From Balanoglossus misakiensis (lineage: Eukaryota; Animalia; Hemichordata), in contig CM082589.2 in NCBI GenBank assembly GCA_040954595.2, forward strand, positions 732,590 through 796,589: a stretch of 64,000 nucleotides of DNA. The letters are read 5' to 3'. How positions within the stretch are numbered: position 1 is the first letter of the stretch; every line of letters begins with the position of its first letter. A model generated the notes under the pieces. That model saw only the letters and a program-made list of their open reading frames with translations, did no database searches and was not told where the DNA came from. A program made the position numbers and the translations under genes. Positions 1 through 13,894 of this stretch are shown piece after piece.

Positions 1-1399
1 TTTACGATTTTAAATCCTGTGGAATGTTTCATTTCCTCACAAGGGGGAAGCACTATTGTACATGTACATAAATCAATTCTACTCTTTTCCAGTTTTTGTA
101 TCTCATATAATACATTATGCAAATCATGCAGGGTTCAACTCAGCTATAGATAAGAGACGCCAATGCTTCAAACCCAATTTCTCATTACTGAGGCTAATTC
201 TAATCTTTAATCTTGTCACGTATGAAGACACGTCAAGATTTCCTATTCACAAGTATTTTGCATTATAATTAACACTACTAAACGTACAAACTTTGCTTTG
301 TCTTATACATTCTGGTCATATAAATTGACGATTTACAGACATCCTTATGTATGTTACTCTATTCAGAGGGTATTTTACATGTAAATATTTCAAAGATATA
401 ATATTAATTAATAATGATTCTCTTTTTATTGATATGACTCGCATTTATCATGTTTATGTTAACTTTTCTATTTTTCTATGCGGATGTCTTCCCGCCAATT
501 CGATTTATACAAATGAGAGAGGTGAAAGTTCAGTCGCTAAAGGACGTCATGGTAGCTATCCAGACAGTTTAGAAAGATACGGCAGTTTAATTTAATCCGT
601 CGATTCAGTAATGAACACCTCATCTACTCATCCTAGCAAGTATATAGTCAAACAGTTCACAGCATTGTTTAATAAGGAGTCAATGTTACAGATAATTGTG
701 TATTGTTTGCATTGCTAGCCATACTGTACCTACCATGCTAATTATAACACACGTAGCTTGATATTTCAAGATAGATAAACAAGATTTTGTTGACAAGAAA
801 CGTAAGCTTTATAGATTATTAATTTTCACCGCTCATTATCATTCAGTTTTGGAAATATTTTAATATCTATTTCAATACCATCTCTTTATACACTTTTTAT
901 ACGATCTATTCAAAGTTACCGCATGTATCTTATGAACATATTACACATTTCTTATAAAGATGCTTTGTTTTGTGGTAATGGTTACCATAAAACTCGATAT
1001 CTGAAGGCGGGTTATTGAAAATTGATTTAATATTTAAATTGTTCATCGTTATATTTATATTATTCCATTTGATAAATGATTTTTTCGCATTTCTTACATA
1101 TTATAGATGTTATAGTATAACTGTTAACAGAAACTAAATTCTCGATTCATGAATGCAGAAAATAGCAATATCTACTGACTTGTACATATTCTTGATTATC
1201 CTATTTCCAATCTTCTCTACACTTAGTGTGACATAGGTAGAAATTATCTTCAGCAATCAAGGTTCTATAACTCTACCATATTTCCTATAACGACTTCAAA
1301 TCTTACTGACTTCTTCAGTCTTTGAATTCTTCTTTCATCTCTGCCAACTCACACCAAGCTTTTCAGTATAGACTTTATAACTCTCTAAATTACGATCTC

Positions 1400-1682
1400 G
1401 TTGTCATGGAAATCAAAGCCTGCCAGTTCAGGGATTCGCTCCAGCGCTGAGACGTAATGTTTTGCCAAACTCTATTCTCTAATCAATTAATTAATTGAAT
1501 AAACCAACAAATATGCAATAAAGATATCCAAATAACGTATGTGCAGTAGTCTTATTTATTCTCGATATGAGATCAGTACCCGCGTACATATACAATGTAC
1601 TAGCAGATGTGGTGTCCGAACGCGATTGAGTTCACTGGAATGCGAACGCAGGAGGGCGTTCTCTTCCAGTTCCCATGACAAC
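1400..1682. promoter_or_regulatory. RFX X-box motifs upstream of the IQANK1-like gene
   Basis: GTTCCCATGACAAC at 1669-1682 and GTTGTCATGGAAAT at 1400-1413 match the X-box consensus GTTNCCATGGNAAC, about 150 and 420 bp upstream of the ATG. Confidence 0.55.
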
Positions 1683-1821
1683 GGCGTCGTTCTAAACAAG
1701 TCTTTCACGTGTACGTGCGTTCTATCAATCCCACATTACGTAATCAGCTTTGTGGATGCAGTTCAGTTGACCTGTAAGACTCGTTATCCTTGGGTCGTTG
1801 AATTCCGCCCCTGCAGCCGAA

Positions 1822-3589
<1,768 letters not shown>

Positions 3590-4644
3590 GCAGACGACAC
3601 TGCGTGAAGCGTGATACGACTCTACGGAAGTGGAACTTTTGCGGGGAAATGGCGGCACAAGAGGACTGATGATAGAGAACAACCGTCTCCCTGACAACGC
3701 CCCGGTAGATAGATCTCTGTGTGCTTTCTTTAATTTTTCACTTTTTAAGCAGACTTCACAAATTACAGTTGCAGGTTTTGCCAGGAATGGTGTCACATTA
3801 TCACTCAAATACTAGACTTTTTAAAGTAGTCACTCCAAATCATCTCCATCTCCTGTTCAGATATTATCGATATAACCATACTCTCATATCACAACCGACA
3901 CGTGCAATATGTATGCCTAATTATGATTACCTGGGGTGCATTAGTAAAGCTGATACAAAGTGAAAATACCATTGTCTTCTATAAATAGATCATATTTGCA
4001 TTTCGTGGATGAATGATTGCATCCTGGTCGTAGAAACTAGTTAAGTGACAAGAGCTTAGCAATAAATAATATTTGACAGGAGAAAGTGCACGTTTGATAC
4101 TAAAATATCAATCTTTTACATATCAGTATATTAAAAATGTACATGTTTTATTCGATATAAGTATCGAATTGAATAAAATATACAAATGAATACATATGAT
4201 AAATCGTTAATTAAAGTTATAAAAGGGTTGTGAATGCAACACTAAAGGCAAGAATATCATCTCTGGGAAGTTGACGCACATGTGCATCTAAGCCTCTTTG
4301 TCATTCTTACAAAAGTAAACAATTAAAACATACAATAATAACAAAACAAAGAAAAATATATCGATGCGTATAAATGAAATGTCACAAGAAAATCTTGCTA
4401 CGCGATATATTTCTTCGGCAAAAAAATATTAAATTACTTGTTAGAGACTTTCTCTATTCAAAGTCTGTATTATAAATATAGGTGTCCTTTATTCGAAACA
4501 TAATTAAATTCTTTTGATATTGATCTCAAGGGCAAATTTAAGTGAAGGAAGACGAGTTATAATTATCTTGACATAAAGCCCTTAGGCGATGTTCCTTTAA
4601 TATTTAAATACTTAGGGTCTATGCTCTGGTCTGCCTCGGTGACG

Positions 4645-7600
4645 TCACTGATCACTTCCGAACAACCAATCAAATAAACGGAAATATGACCTTTTGACCA
4701 CTGAGTCTGCAGCTCTTTGATTGCGACTATGTCGTCTCTCGTTTGCAGCTAAGTTAGCGTACAGGTCTGAGACTTTCCCCCAGACGCCCAGGACATACGA
4801 CTCGATATTGCATTCGTTCTGGCCGCGTATGATCTTGAAGTAACCGTCCTCACCCCATTTCTGACCCCACGAATTGGCACAAAGCTGAAAAGTGGAAAGC
4901 TGAATGTCAGATCATCTGAATACTCCGAGTCCTCAACATACATGAATTCGAAAAAAAAATCTATTATGGTTGACTATCACCCTGTTCTCTCAAAGATAGA
5001 TAGAAAGTCGATACATACCCAATATTTCGTTGGACGACCATATGAATTGTATTCTGTTCCCCATCCAATGATTTTGACTGAATGCCAACCACTTTGACGA
5101 TATTGTGGGTCTGCAGCAGCTGTTTCTCTGGTGTAGCTGTATACTCCCTTTTTGTACGTAAAGAAGTCTTCTTTTACCTCGAATGATGCTTTAATAAGAA
5201 CAATAATAGTCATTTCACATGTCACTGTGACAACGTCTTTACTTCCTTATTGTGCCATTCATTCATTCATTCATTCATTCATTCATTCATTCATTCATTC
5301 ATTCATTCATTCATTCATTCATTCATTCATTCGTTCATTCATTCATTCAGTCAGTCCCTGTGACACGCCCCACCTACGCAGGGAGAAGGAAAACTGATCC
5401 AATTACCTTGTAAAGGTCCGTTCCTCATCAGTTCAAATTGTATATCCGTTTCCTGTTAAAGGGAGAAAGTGTTATTTGTTACAGTATGTTCATCACACTA
5501 TTATAGAATCTGCAGATCGATAATTTTCCTCACTGAACTTGTTGATTATAAACCGTTATTTACCGAGCAACTTGACAATTTATAAATCATTTATTGACCG
5601 ACCTTGTCTGATATTTTATAGGGTGGTGTACAGCGATACACACTGTTGTCGAGATGTTTTCCCGCAGGGCAAGAATAGGCATATTTTCCCGGCATCATAC
5701 ACGGTCCTTTCCTGCTACTTTCGCCCTCACCGCTGGTGTACGGGTAACAATTGTCCGAAACGACACTAAAAGTAAACAAAACACGAAAATAAACAGTCAA
5801 TTGCAAAAGTATGAAGAAGCAAACGTTTGACTTGCCACAATTTGAGAATAAAGTATTATTCTTTGAGGTAGTTTTTCACAGGGACATTATAGATAATCAC
5901 TTCAAGTTGAGTGTCTTGAGAGCTCACCCTCGTTTTCGCATATACCACCAAGCACGGTCAAGATGGCCACCTTCACAACCACGTTGTCGTCTCGTGTTGC
6001 ACGAGATGAGATGTTGGGGCGATAGCATCATTTGCATATTGCCATTTGATTGGATGGACAGTCGGTCTGAAGCAACTCCTGAATGAAGAAAAACAGCGGA
6101 AGAGAAGTAACATTTTAGGTAAAATCTTTTTTTTTACAATTTTTTCTTCTTCATATCTAATCTCTGAATAAAGCTGTGTGGCATAAATTTATGTGTAGCA
6201 TATAAAACGAGAAAAGAAACTCCATCTTTACCAACAGTGGAAAACGCCCAGGAACACCCACAATCCCCCTGGTCCATGACGTCATGCACAAGTCCAGGCC
6301 ACTTTTCTCTGGCGTCGAAATACTCAGGAATTATTGCCTTGTCATAGTCCATGTCAATGTCCGTCATCCGGGACACTGTTCGGTCAGCTTCTAACGTCCC
6401 GAGACGATGTTTGATTCCGTCGCCGAGTGTCATCCCCCATAGGAAAGAGTAGTTGGATGCCCGCCACCTACGGGCAAAATATGAACGTTACATGCTATGA
6501 AAAGAGCTCGTTTTCCAGAGTCCTCTCACGAGATTTTACTGACAGGTCAGAAAAGACTTCAGCTAAAGGGTATTGTGCACTGACGAGCGATTTTAGTGAC
6601 AGGAGTACGCTAATTTATGTTTGTGAATTTGTTTGGATGAGAAAACTCGTCACACACAGCAGCATACTTAATACCACCAATGGAGACCCTGCAGCCTGCT
6701 AACTCAAAACGTGCCAGACTAAAATATCCTCTGGATCAGACGGCATGACGTCATAACAAGGAGCGATGTACTTTGCCATAAACGCCAGTCCTGATGTGGA
6801 AGATACAAAGATATAGGTGCAAGGACATTCTTCAGCACCGAAAATAGTTCTTGTCCAAAGTTACCAGTTTGAGAAGAACTTTTTTGCGCTGGATCGTTAA
6901 TACCGATTCAGTATATGGCGTCAGTTACACTTACCCATAGTCAGCCTTGTTGACAGCATTAATGAGTTCTGGTCTGACAACGCATGCGTTATTTTCACAA
7001 GAGAAGGCAAACTTTCCGTCGATCGTCTTCCTGCACGTACTGAAAAATAGAACACGAAAGCCAAAGAATTTGTGGTCATTGAATATTTATTAATTTTTTT
7101 GTATAAATCAACTTGTTTGGTTGAAAACTCTGCAATCCCAAGCATATTCATTGAATTATGTACTGAATGGTCACAGTGAAGCGAATATTCTTTCCTGTCG
7201 TGCCTTACCATTTGTTACAGTTGACATTGATGTCAGCGCCCTCTCTGTAACCAACGCCATCGTGAAAACAGTTGTCTGCAAGGCAAGTAAATAAGAGAGA
7301 TCATTTATTATTAAAATGCAAATTGCTATTGTTACGTAAATTTCTATTATGATAATGACCAAACTCGTTCATTATCCATGACACAAAACACCAGGTGCTA
7401 CGTACGTTTGTAGTAAAATATAAGTGTCTGATGACCTGAGTGTACATCATTACTATTCAGACACATTTGTAAGAGATGGACTTCCTCCATTTCTCTGATC
7501 CTTGTTACGCATGTGCGTCAATCCGGTTTAGTATTCCCACGCCAAAATGGCGTCTACGTAATAGTGTATTTATGACGCATGGAAAACCCAGAAGAATATC

Positions 7601-10600
7601 ATTTATCCGGTTGGATCGATGTTTTGTGATTTGGACATGGTTATGTAACAGAGTGATCTGAGCACCGCTGATTTACCAACACCAGTTACTCATACTAGAA
7701 ATCATTCAACAAGAGGAACATCTGTATGAAATGCAAGGTAGGTTTTCTATCTTTCAACTTTGACCAAAACTACAGGCATTCTAAACTAACATCCGCAAAC
7801 ACACCACAGCAGCTATTTGAGATTCACTGCCTAACTGCGCGCCCTCAAGCGGCTGAAGGAGGCTGTGACGCTGACGATCGGGAACTGTGCCGGCTACTTG
7901 AATGTCTGTCATTGCTTTTATAATCCCCTTCTTTTATCGCATATTTTGATAAAACTCTCAAAGCCAAGAAAGTGGAAGAGGAGACACACATTCCGCGAGC
8001 GGTGTATACACGTGCACGCAATGCGAATCTCGCGAACGCGCAAGGTTTCATGGGAAAGCGGAAGTGCGGAAAACGACCAGACGACGCTGTGCTTTAACAC
8101 GGAAGAGGTCGATTTTTGCGTCAAAATACGAAGGGCATGTGGTTTTTAAATAAAATGACACCAAGTACTCGTTGATACTCTCACTGGTGAGTACCCCCAT
8201 GTATGTTTTTAGACTGAAATCGGATAGATATCGTAGTTTTTCGTCTGCTATAGCGGCGAGCGATCAGTTGCGCAATGTTTACACGTGTCTAATCCCCTTG
8301 CGGGAACGCTGAAAATCCGTTTGTTTCGTGTTTACGGAAATATTTCGGTGAAATATACTTCAACATATTTTTTGCTGAAGCGTCTATGTTCCTCTGGTAG
8401 AGACAGAATCGGAAAAATACGACGTCCACGAAAATGTAAAGCCGACGTCGCACAGCGGGACTACGCGGACAGCCGGCGGGCGCTGCTCTCTTGGCAGCCG
8501 GGGACATGTACGTTCGCGTCCCGTTGTCTCGTAGCGTCGCCTGGTCATTACAATTTCCCATGAAACCTTGCGCGTTCGCGAGATTCGCATTGGGTGTATG
8601 GGGGGGGGGGGTGTCTTCTTAAGTGTGATTTTCTTGTGTTGTTTACAATGAATTCCATCCAAAATAATTACAACACATGTCATCCGTAATAATTAAGCAC
8701 GGTAAATCAAATTAACTGCAAAACGTTACTTTCAATATGAAAATTCTGGCAAACAATTTGTTGTTGACCCACCATCTCTTGATCGTCACTTGATACGTGT
8801 TTTTCAATTTGTTGCAGTACCCTCTCCCGCAACGTTTTAGTACAATGCCGACAGACGGCGCCCTTTTAATCCCCCCGCTGATTGACAGATGTATAAATGT
8901 TCCGCTTTGATTGTGACATCATGCTGTCTGCAAAGGCATCTTGTCTGTAACTGTATTATTCATGACTAGAAAAGCAAAGCGTCGTACGAGCCCTCCTATA
9001 TTGACCCTGTCTGAACACCCTTTCATTGACCTGGGATGACCTCGCACACATCAATCAGTCTGCCGCCGAGACGTACACTATTTACACAATCTGCCGACAG
9101 TGGTGTCAGAGCGATGACACAATGCAAGTCATAGAGTTAGACAAGTTTTGGTTACGCCGATGTTTAAGTGTTTCATTTTGAACGGACAAAGTTGTGATCA
9201 CTTTTCATTTCTTTTAAACTTTTTACCAAAAACTTAGTTGGTGTCAAAAGTTACTGGACTTATACTCCCATTACAATAAACCGAGCTATGTTAACTGATT
9301 ATAAGATCCAGGGCATTTTCAAAGCCTATAGGAAAAGGTGTGCGTTCGCTTACAGCTGTCCATTCAATTCTATCTTTATTTAATACAACCTAGACAAGAT
9401 ACCACGATTCTGGGTCACTACCGAAGTTCGAACACAACAAAACCTTCAATAGCTTCATAGCCTTAATCTCCCTGACTCGACCGTTGATGTGCGACAGCGT
9501 AATTGTTTGCGGGATAAAGACCTGGCGAGATTTTGAGTCGGTCTGACTTAGAATGCAAAAGCGCGTGTAAGAATGCAAAGATTGTTCCTGTGGTTGGTAT
9601 TTTTGGCCGCAGATAAAGGTAGCTAGGTCGAAAGCTGGCTGTGGAATTCAATTCATAACTACGTGTTCTTTTTCAGGGAGACGCTTCTGAAATGCTGACG
9701 TGGGACTTCAGATGTCTGACCGGGCAACCTGCAAGTCAAAACGGTAGGCCGCTGCGTTGTTGTTTTATTTTAAAACCCATTTAATCAGTTGCTTCGCCCC
9801 AGTTCGCATTTCTTGCGCGTTTCTTATGAGTGGAAACTTCTGCCAATTGCTCAGTCGGTTTAAAGTACGCCAGACATCTATTTGTCTAGTTGTGTAAATG
9901 GTCTACCACAACATGTAATCACTTATTTCTCGTCCAAATTAGACCACAATACAAAGACCCTAATTGAAGACATTCATCCAAAATCATTATTGTATAAATT
10001 TTCTCAACGATATGGGCAAACATTTGTTAGTTTTCTCCTGCCTGCGTAATAATATCTTACATTGATTTAAAGTTTCGCTCTGTCGAAATACCATGCGGGC
10101 AAAGAAATCAATCATTTCCACCAAATTGCATAACACATATATCAGCGTCCACTTACACTAATTATGGAAGGGAATTCACTACTAAGTACGTTCAGAAGCC
10201 ATACCCACGGTTACCCAAACCATCAGCCGCTACTTTCATCAATTCATTGTCTTCGACTCGTAAATATCACGGTTGCATAAAATAACAGCAAAAAGGGACA
10301 TCGCGGTAACCCAGCTTTTCAGAATATTTTTCCTGGTCGACAAAAGATTGTTCTGTAGTTTAGCATCAAAAAACACCCATCATTGAAGTCATTAGTAGTA
10401 ACGCGCAGTTAATGACGCAGATGAAAAAGAAACTGAAATTGATACATGGGACAGAATTCTGAAAGATATCGAGTTGCAGTCAAATTGCAGGACGTAATTA
10501 CTAATAATTCTTGAAATGAAACCGATCATACCACAGATAATGTCTTTTGAACGATATTGAGCAAGACGTATTTTCGTAGATTTGTCGGTCATCTTGACGT

Positions 10601-11443
10601 CATAGCACTGGATAAGTTTTGGGCCTGAGTTGATAACAATAAGTAAAGTTTTCTGTATGCCAATCTCGAATGCGCGCGAAACAGCTTTTGAGAGCAGAGC
10701 CAAGTGAAAAATATAGACATCGACAATTTCGTTTATACGGAATGCAACTTGAAGTATGATTTCAACTTCCGACTAGTCGTCAAGGCGACGGAAGAAAACA
10801 TACTTACTCTGTAGATTCGGGGGTTCCACTCCTAGACAGAAATCCCAAAAATCTGGGCAACAGTCAACGGCAGTGTGATTACAGAACAAATCACAGTAGC
10901 ACAGAACACCCTTGTACGGCACAGTACACCGATCGTCTCGTCCCTCACAACACTGCTGTGGTTTGCGACTTCTGCAATACTGCTCTGTTGTCATGGAGAC
11001 ACATAGGACGTAAAGCAATTTCTGTTTGTTCTATGAGTTATTTATATTAATTTGGTCACAGAAGCGTTTTGAAATTATCAGTAGTAAGGCTCCAATTTCA
11101 ACTTATATGTAGGGACAACATGGCATTCTGTCATAATTTCTGGTACGTACCATTAATTATGCTTAATTAGTGAAGTCGAATGAAGGAAAATGTACTTACG
11201 CTCTTGATGCGGGGGCTCCACCCCTAGACAGACACCCCAGAAATCAGGACAGCAGTCAACGGCAGTGTGATTACAGAACAAATCACAGTAGCACAGAACA
11301 TCCTTGTACGGCACAGTACAGCGATCGTCTCTCCCCTGACAACATTTCTCTGGTTGACGATGACTGCAATACTGCGCTGTTGCTATAGAGACACATAGAA
11401 CACAAAGCAACGCAGCAACCGCTACGAGATCTGGCCTCTTCAT
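4645..11443 (-). CDS. TINAGL1: Tubulointerstitial nephritis antigen-like protein (signal peptide, somatomedin-B-like domain(s), vWC-like segment, catalytically inactive peptidase C1A/cathepsin-B-like domain)
   Basis: Minus-strand exons 11443-11200, [10984-10808], 7275-7209, 7039-6935, 6467-6232, 6078-5928, 5765-5603, 5452-5407, 5188-5019, 4884-4645. All GT-AG and in phase; 473 aa without and 532 aa with the bracketed exon. Motifs: [157 protein letters not shown]. An acceptor at 11461-11462 implies an upstream non-coding exon. Confidence 0.93.
5256..5349 (+). repeat. (CATT)n tetranucleotide microsatellite in a TINAGL-like intron
   Basis: About 23 tandem CATT units with one variant, read directly. 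Confidence 0.95.
8019..8592. mobile_element. MITE / non-autonomous DNA transposon with 39-bp perfect terminal inverted repeats
   Basis: CAATGCGAATCTCGCGAACGCGCAAGGTTTCATGGGAAA at 8019-8057 and its exact reverse complement at 8554-8592. A subterminal inverted match gaccag(a/g)cgacgct lies at ~8075 and ~8533-8546. No transposase; TSD unclear. Confidence 0.8.
9027..9042 (-). promoter_or_regulatory. Perfect nuclear-receptor DR4 element (AGGTCA-N4-AGGTCA) in a TINAGL-like intron
   Basis: Plus strand reads TGACCT ggga TGACCT. Confidence 0.35.
10808..10984 (-). CDS. Duplicated somatomedin-B-like exon (copy 2), symmetric phase 1-1, 177 nt
   Basis: [58 protein letters not shown]. Acceptor ...ctatgtgtctccatgacaacag| and donor |gtaagta. 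All cysteines kept, no stop or frameshift. Confidence 0.75.
11200..11443 (-). CDS. TINAGL-like first coding exon: signal peptide plus somatomedin-B-like domain copy 1
   Basis: [23 protein letters not shown]|[58 protein letters not shown]; phase-1 donor gtaagt at 11199. Confidence 0.9.
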
Positions 11444-13295
11444 GTTTTCCCAGTTTTAACCTGAAAATTAAAAAAATACCAAGAAAAAATCAGACACTGT
11501 TTGGTGCATTAGCCTGAGACATTCCATGTCACGTGACTGACAACTCTTGTCTGCTCAAAGACATTCAGCCGACGTATTGACTTCAACATGCAATAGTCGG
11601 CAAGAACACATGTTGATGCCGCGAAGAACGTGCAACAATCTGCACCCCAGTTATTCCGACACCTCAGGTCCTATACACCGACTGATTTTTACAACGGCGC
11701 CCATTTTCTTTGAGGGCACGACAGTCTGGATGTCAAGGCTCTTTAAAGATGGCTTTCCTTTCTTGAAAACATAAAGAAGAACATAAAACTTTTGTCAAAA
11801 GATTGTGCATTAACAACCCCGAGGGCAAAACATGGGTTACTCTCGGCTACATAAGCAACTACAGTTTCTATTAAAGGTGTACTACACTCATTTGACCGAA
11901 GTTTGAAAATCCCAGGGAAAAAGTATAATCCCGGTCAACGAGACACACAAACCTGTTACTGCGGTTAGCCGATCATGCCGTATTAGTTTAAAAGTTTACA
12001 AGCAAAAGACGCTGAAATTCGTGTACTCGAACGACGTGGAGGAATCTATGATATTGTTGTGGTACTTTAGCCAGCCAACGGGGTATTAAGTAGCCTTAAC
12101 TGTTTTTCCATTCCACAAATGAAAGGGGATTTACTTTACAAACTCTCCCCATTTGATTTACATTATATTACTGAATAAACAGCTCTCGCGGGTATCGCTG
12201 ACCCGAAAGCTAAAGCGGTTTTTGTCGGACCCGTGTCAAATGAAATGAATTTGAAACATTTTAAAGTTCTCCAGGCAGCGCGTGAACAGTAGGAGCACGA
12301 GGTCATTGCATATCGGATAAAACTTTCGCGTGTCACTTTAATAGCTGGTGACACCTTTTCGTGACTGAATATCGATTTCTGATTTACACCCCTCCGCCAT
12401 TTGCAGAATTCAAATCAGATGGTACCCTTTGAATACCTTTGCGTCTAGCACATGTTGAAACCAGACTTTCAGTCCCAAACTGCCAATGAGGCACACGTAT
12501 ACGTACATCTGGGGCTCGAATAGGCGTAGAATATGAAAACGTGATGGTATTCTTTTGGTCTAGACACCTTAGGTTGAGGTCACCCGCATTTATATTTTCT
12601 TTTCTTGGTAGGCGTGAACGAGAAACTCCTGTTTACGTAAATCATTGTGATCCAAGGCCACTTTGCGCGGATGCTAAATTCCTGGGTGTTTTTAAAAGAA
12701 AACTTCTAACTTCTGTCAAGGCAAATGAATGAAGTAGTATGATATCCGCGTGGGACGAGGGTATCTTTCTAGTAATCCGGTGATCAAGCTCTGTCCGACT
12801 CAAGAGAGTTTCATGCGAGGCTAATATGATTTCGAGATTAAGTGAAGTGATTTCTCAGCAATGAAAACAAATTCTGACAACAGCGTGAAATCAATGTTAC
12901 ACCGTTTGCGGTGGGTTCTTTGCAGCAGAGACTCTGTGAAAGCGAGTAAAAATGAACATAAAATAAAAGTCCCATGTTGACTGCTTCCCTTGAGAAATTT
13001 AAGTTATGTGATGTGACATAGTATTAACCTCATCTGACCTGCGAATATCACGTGATTTCTCGCGGGATTTCTCACGCTATTTCTCTCGGGACGAGTGAGA
13101 ATCATGTGGAATGTTTTGTCTCGTTATGCTATTAAACTATCAACATAACACTCTCAATCAAAGCTAGCTGCCGTGTCCTTTGCATCATAATTAGATCAAA
13201 TTACGTATATAGATGAAGGGATACCAGTGGGTGGATACCGAACCTCACTCATCCGTACTCAAAACATTATATCAAACCGAAAGATTTTGTTTTCA

Positions 13296-13355
13296 TTAAA
13301 GGGACATTAGCTGTAAATTTTAGCTTTATTTCCAGTATTTATGTTGTAAATGCCC
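13296..13355 (+). repeat. Terminus of a dispersed TTAA-bounded repeat (probable non-autonomous DNA transposon fragment)
   Basis: ttaaagggacattagctgtaaattttagctttatttccagt...aaatgccct resembles the reverse complement of 48436-48489 (ttaaagttccattagctgtaactttttgctatattttcagt..gaaatgccct). Confidence 0.5.
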
Positions 13356-13894
13356 TTTCACTCATCGAGATGTAGTACTGTATCCATGGATACGGGTGGG
13401 TGACGGTTTTGTTCAAGTGATAGAGTTAAATCTATCAACAAACTACTTGTTTATAACACCTTCCAGCGCATAAAACTCTCAACAACACATACCGATGTTG
13501 CATTCTTGTCGAGTTTGTTCTAATACCGGCAAAACGCACCAGGGGGAAGTTTCTCGGTAGTTATTTTTGGATTTGCCGTCTTGGATAGGAGCCAAGTGAG
13601 AAGATATTAGACCGGTCCAGGTTTCAGAAGTTGTCTATATGTAGCACGTAGAATGTATTTAGCAAAATGTTGTGTCAACGCACTTGTTGATAGCACGACT
13701 CGGCAACAATCGCTGTGCAGAGTAAAGTTCAGACCGCGGTCGGAGCTCTCCCGATCCCTGTAGAAGACGCAGCTAAGTTTAGTGTCACTAAGGACAAGCG
13801 GGGAAAAACTTCTTTCACATTAGACACGGTCTCAGAGCAGCCATGCATCCTGACACGGCTTTCAAATTATAGATTACTCGGTATACGATGCGAC

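Noticed and set aside
4645-6467. Active cathepsin B
   Set aside because: The catalytic Cys position holds Ser (SWAF) and the N-terminus has the TINAG-type somatomedin-B domain.
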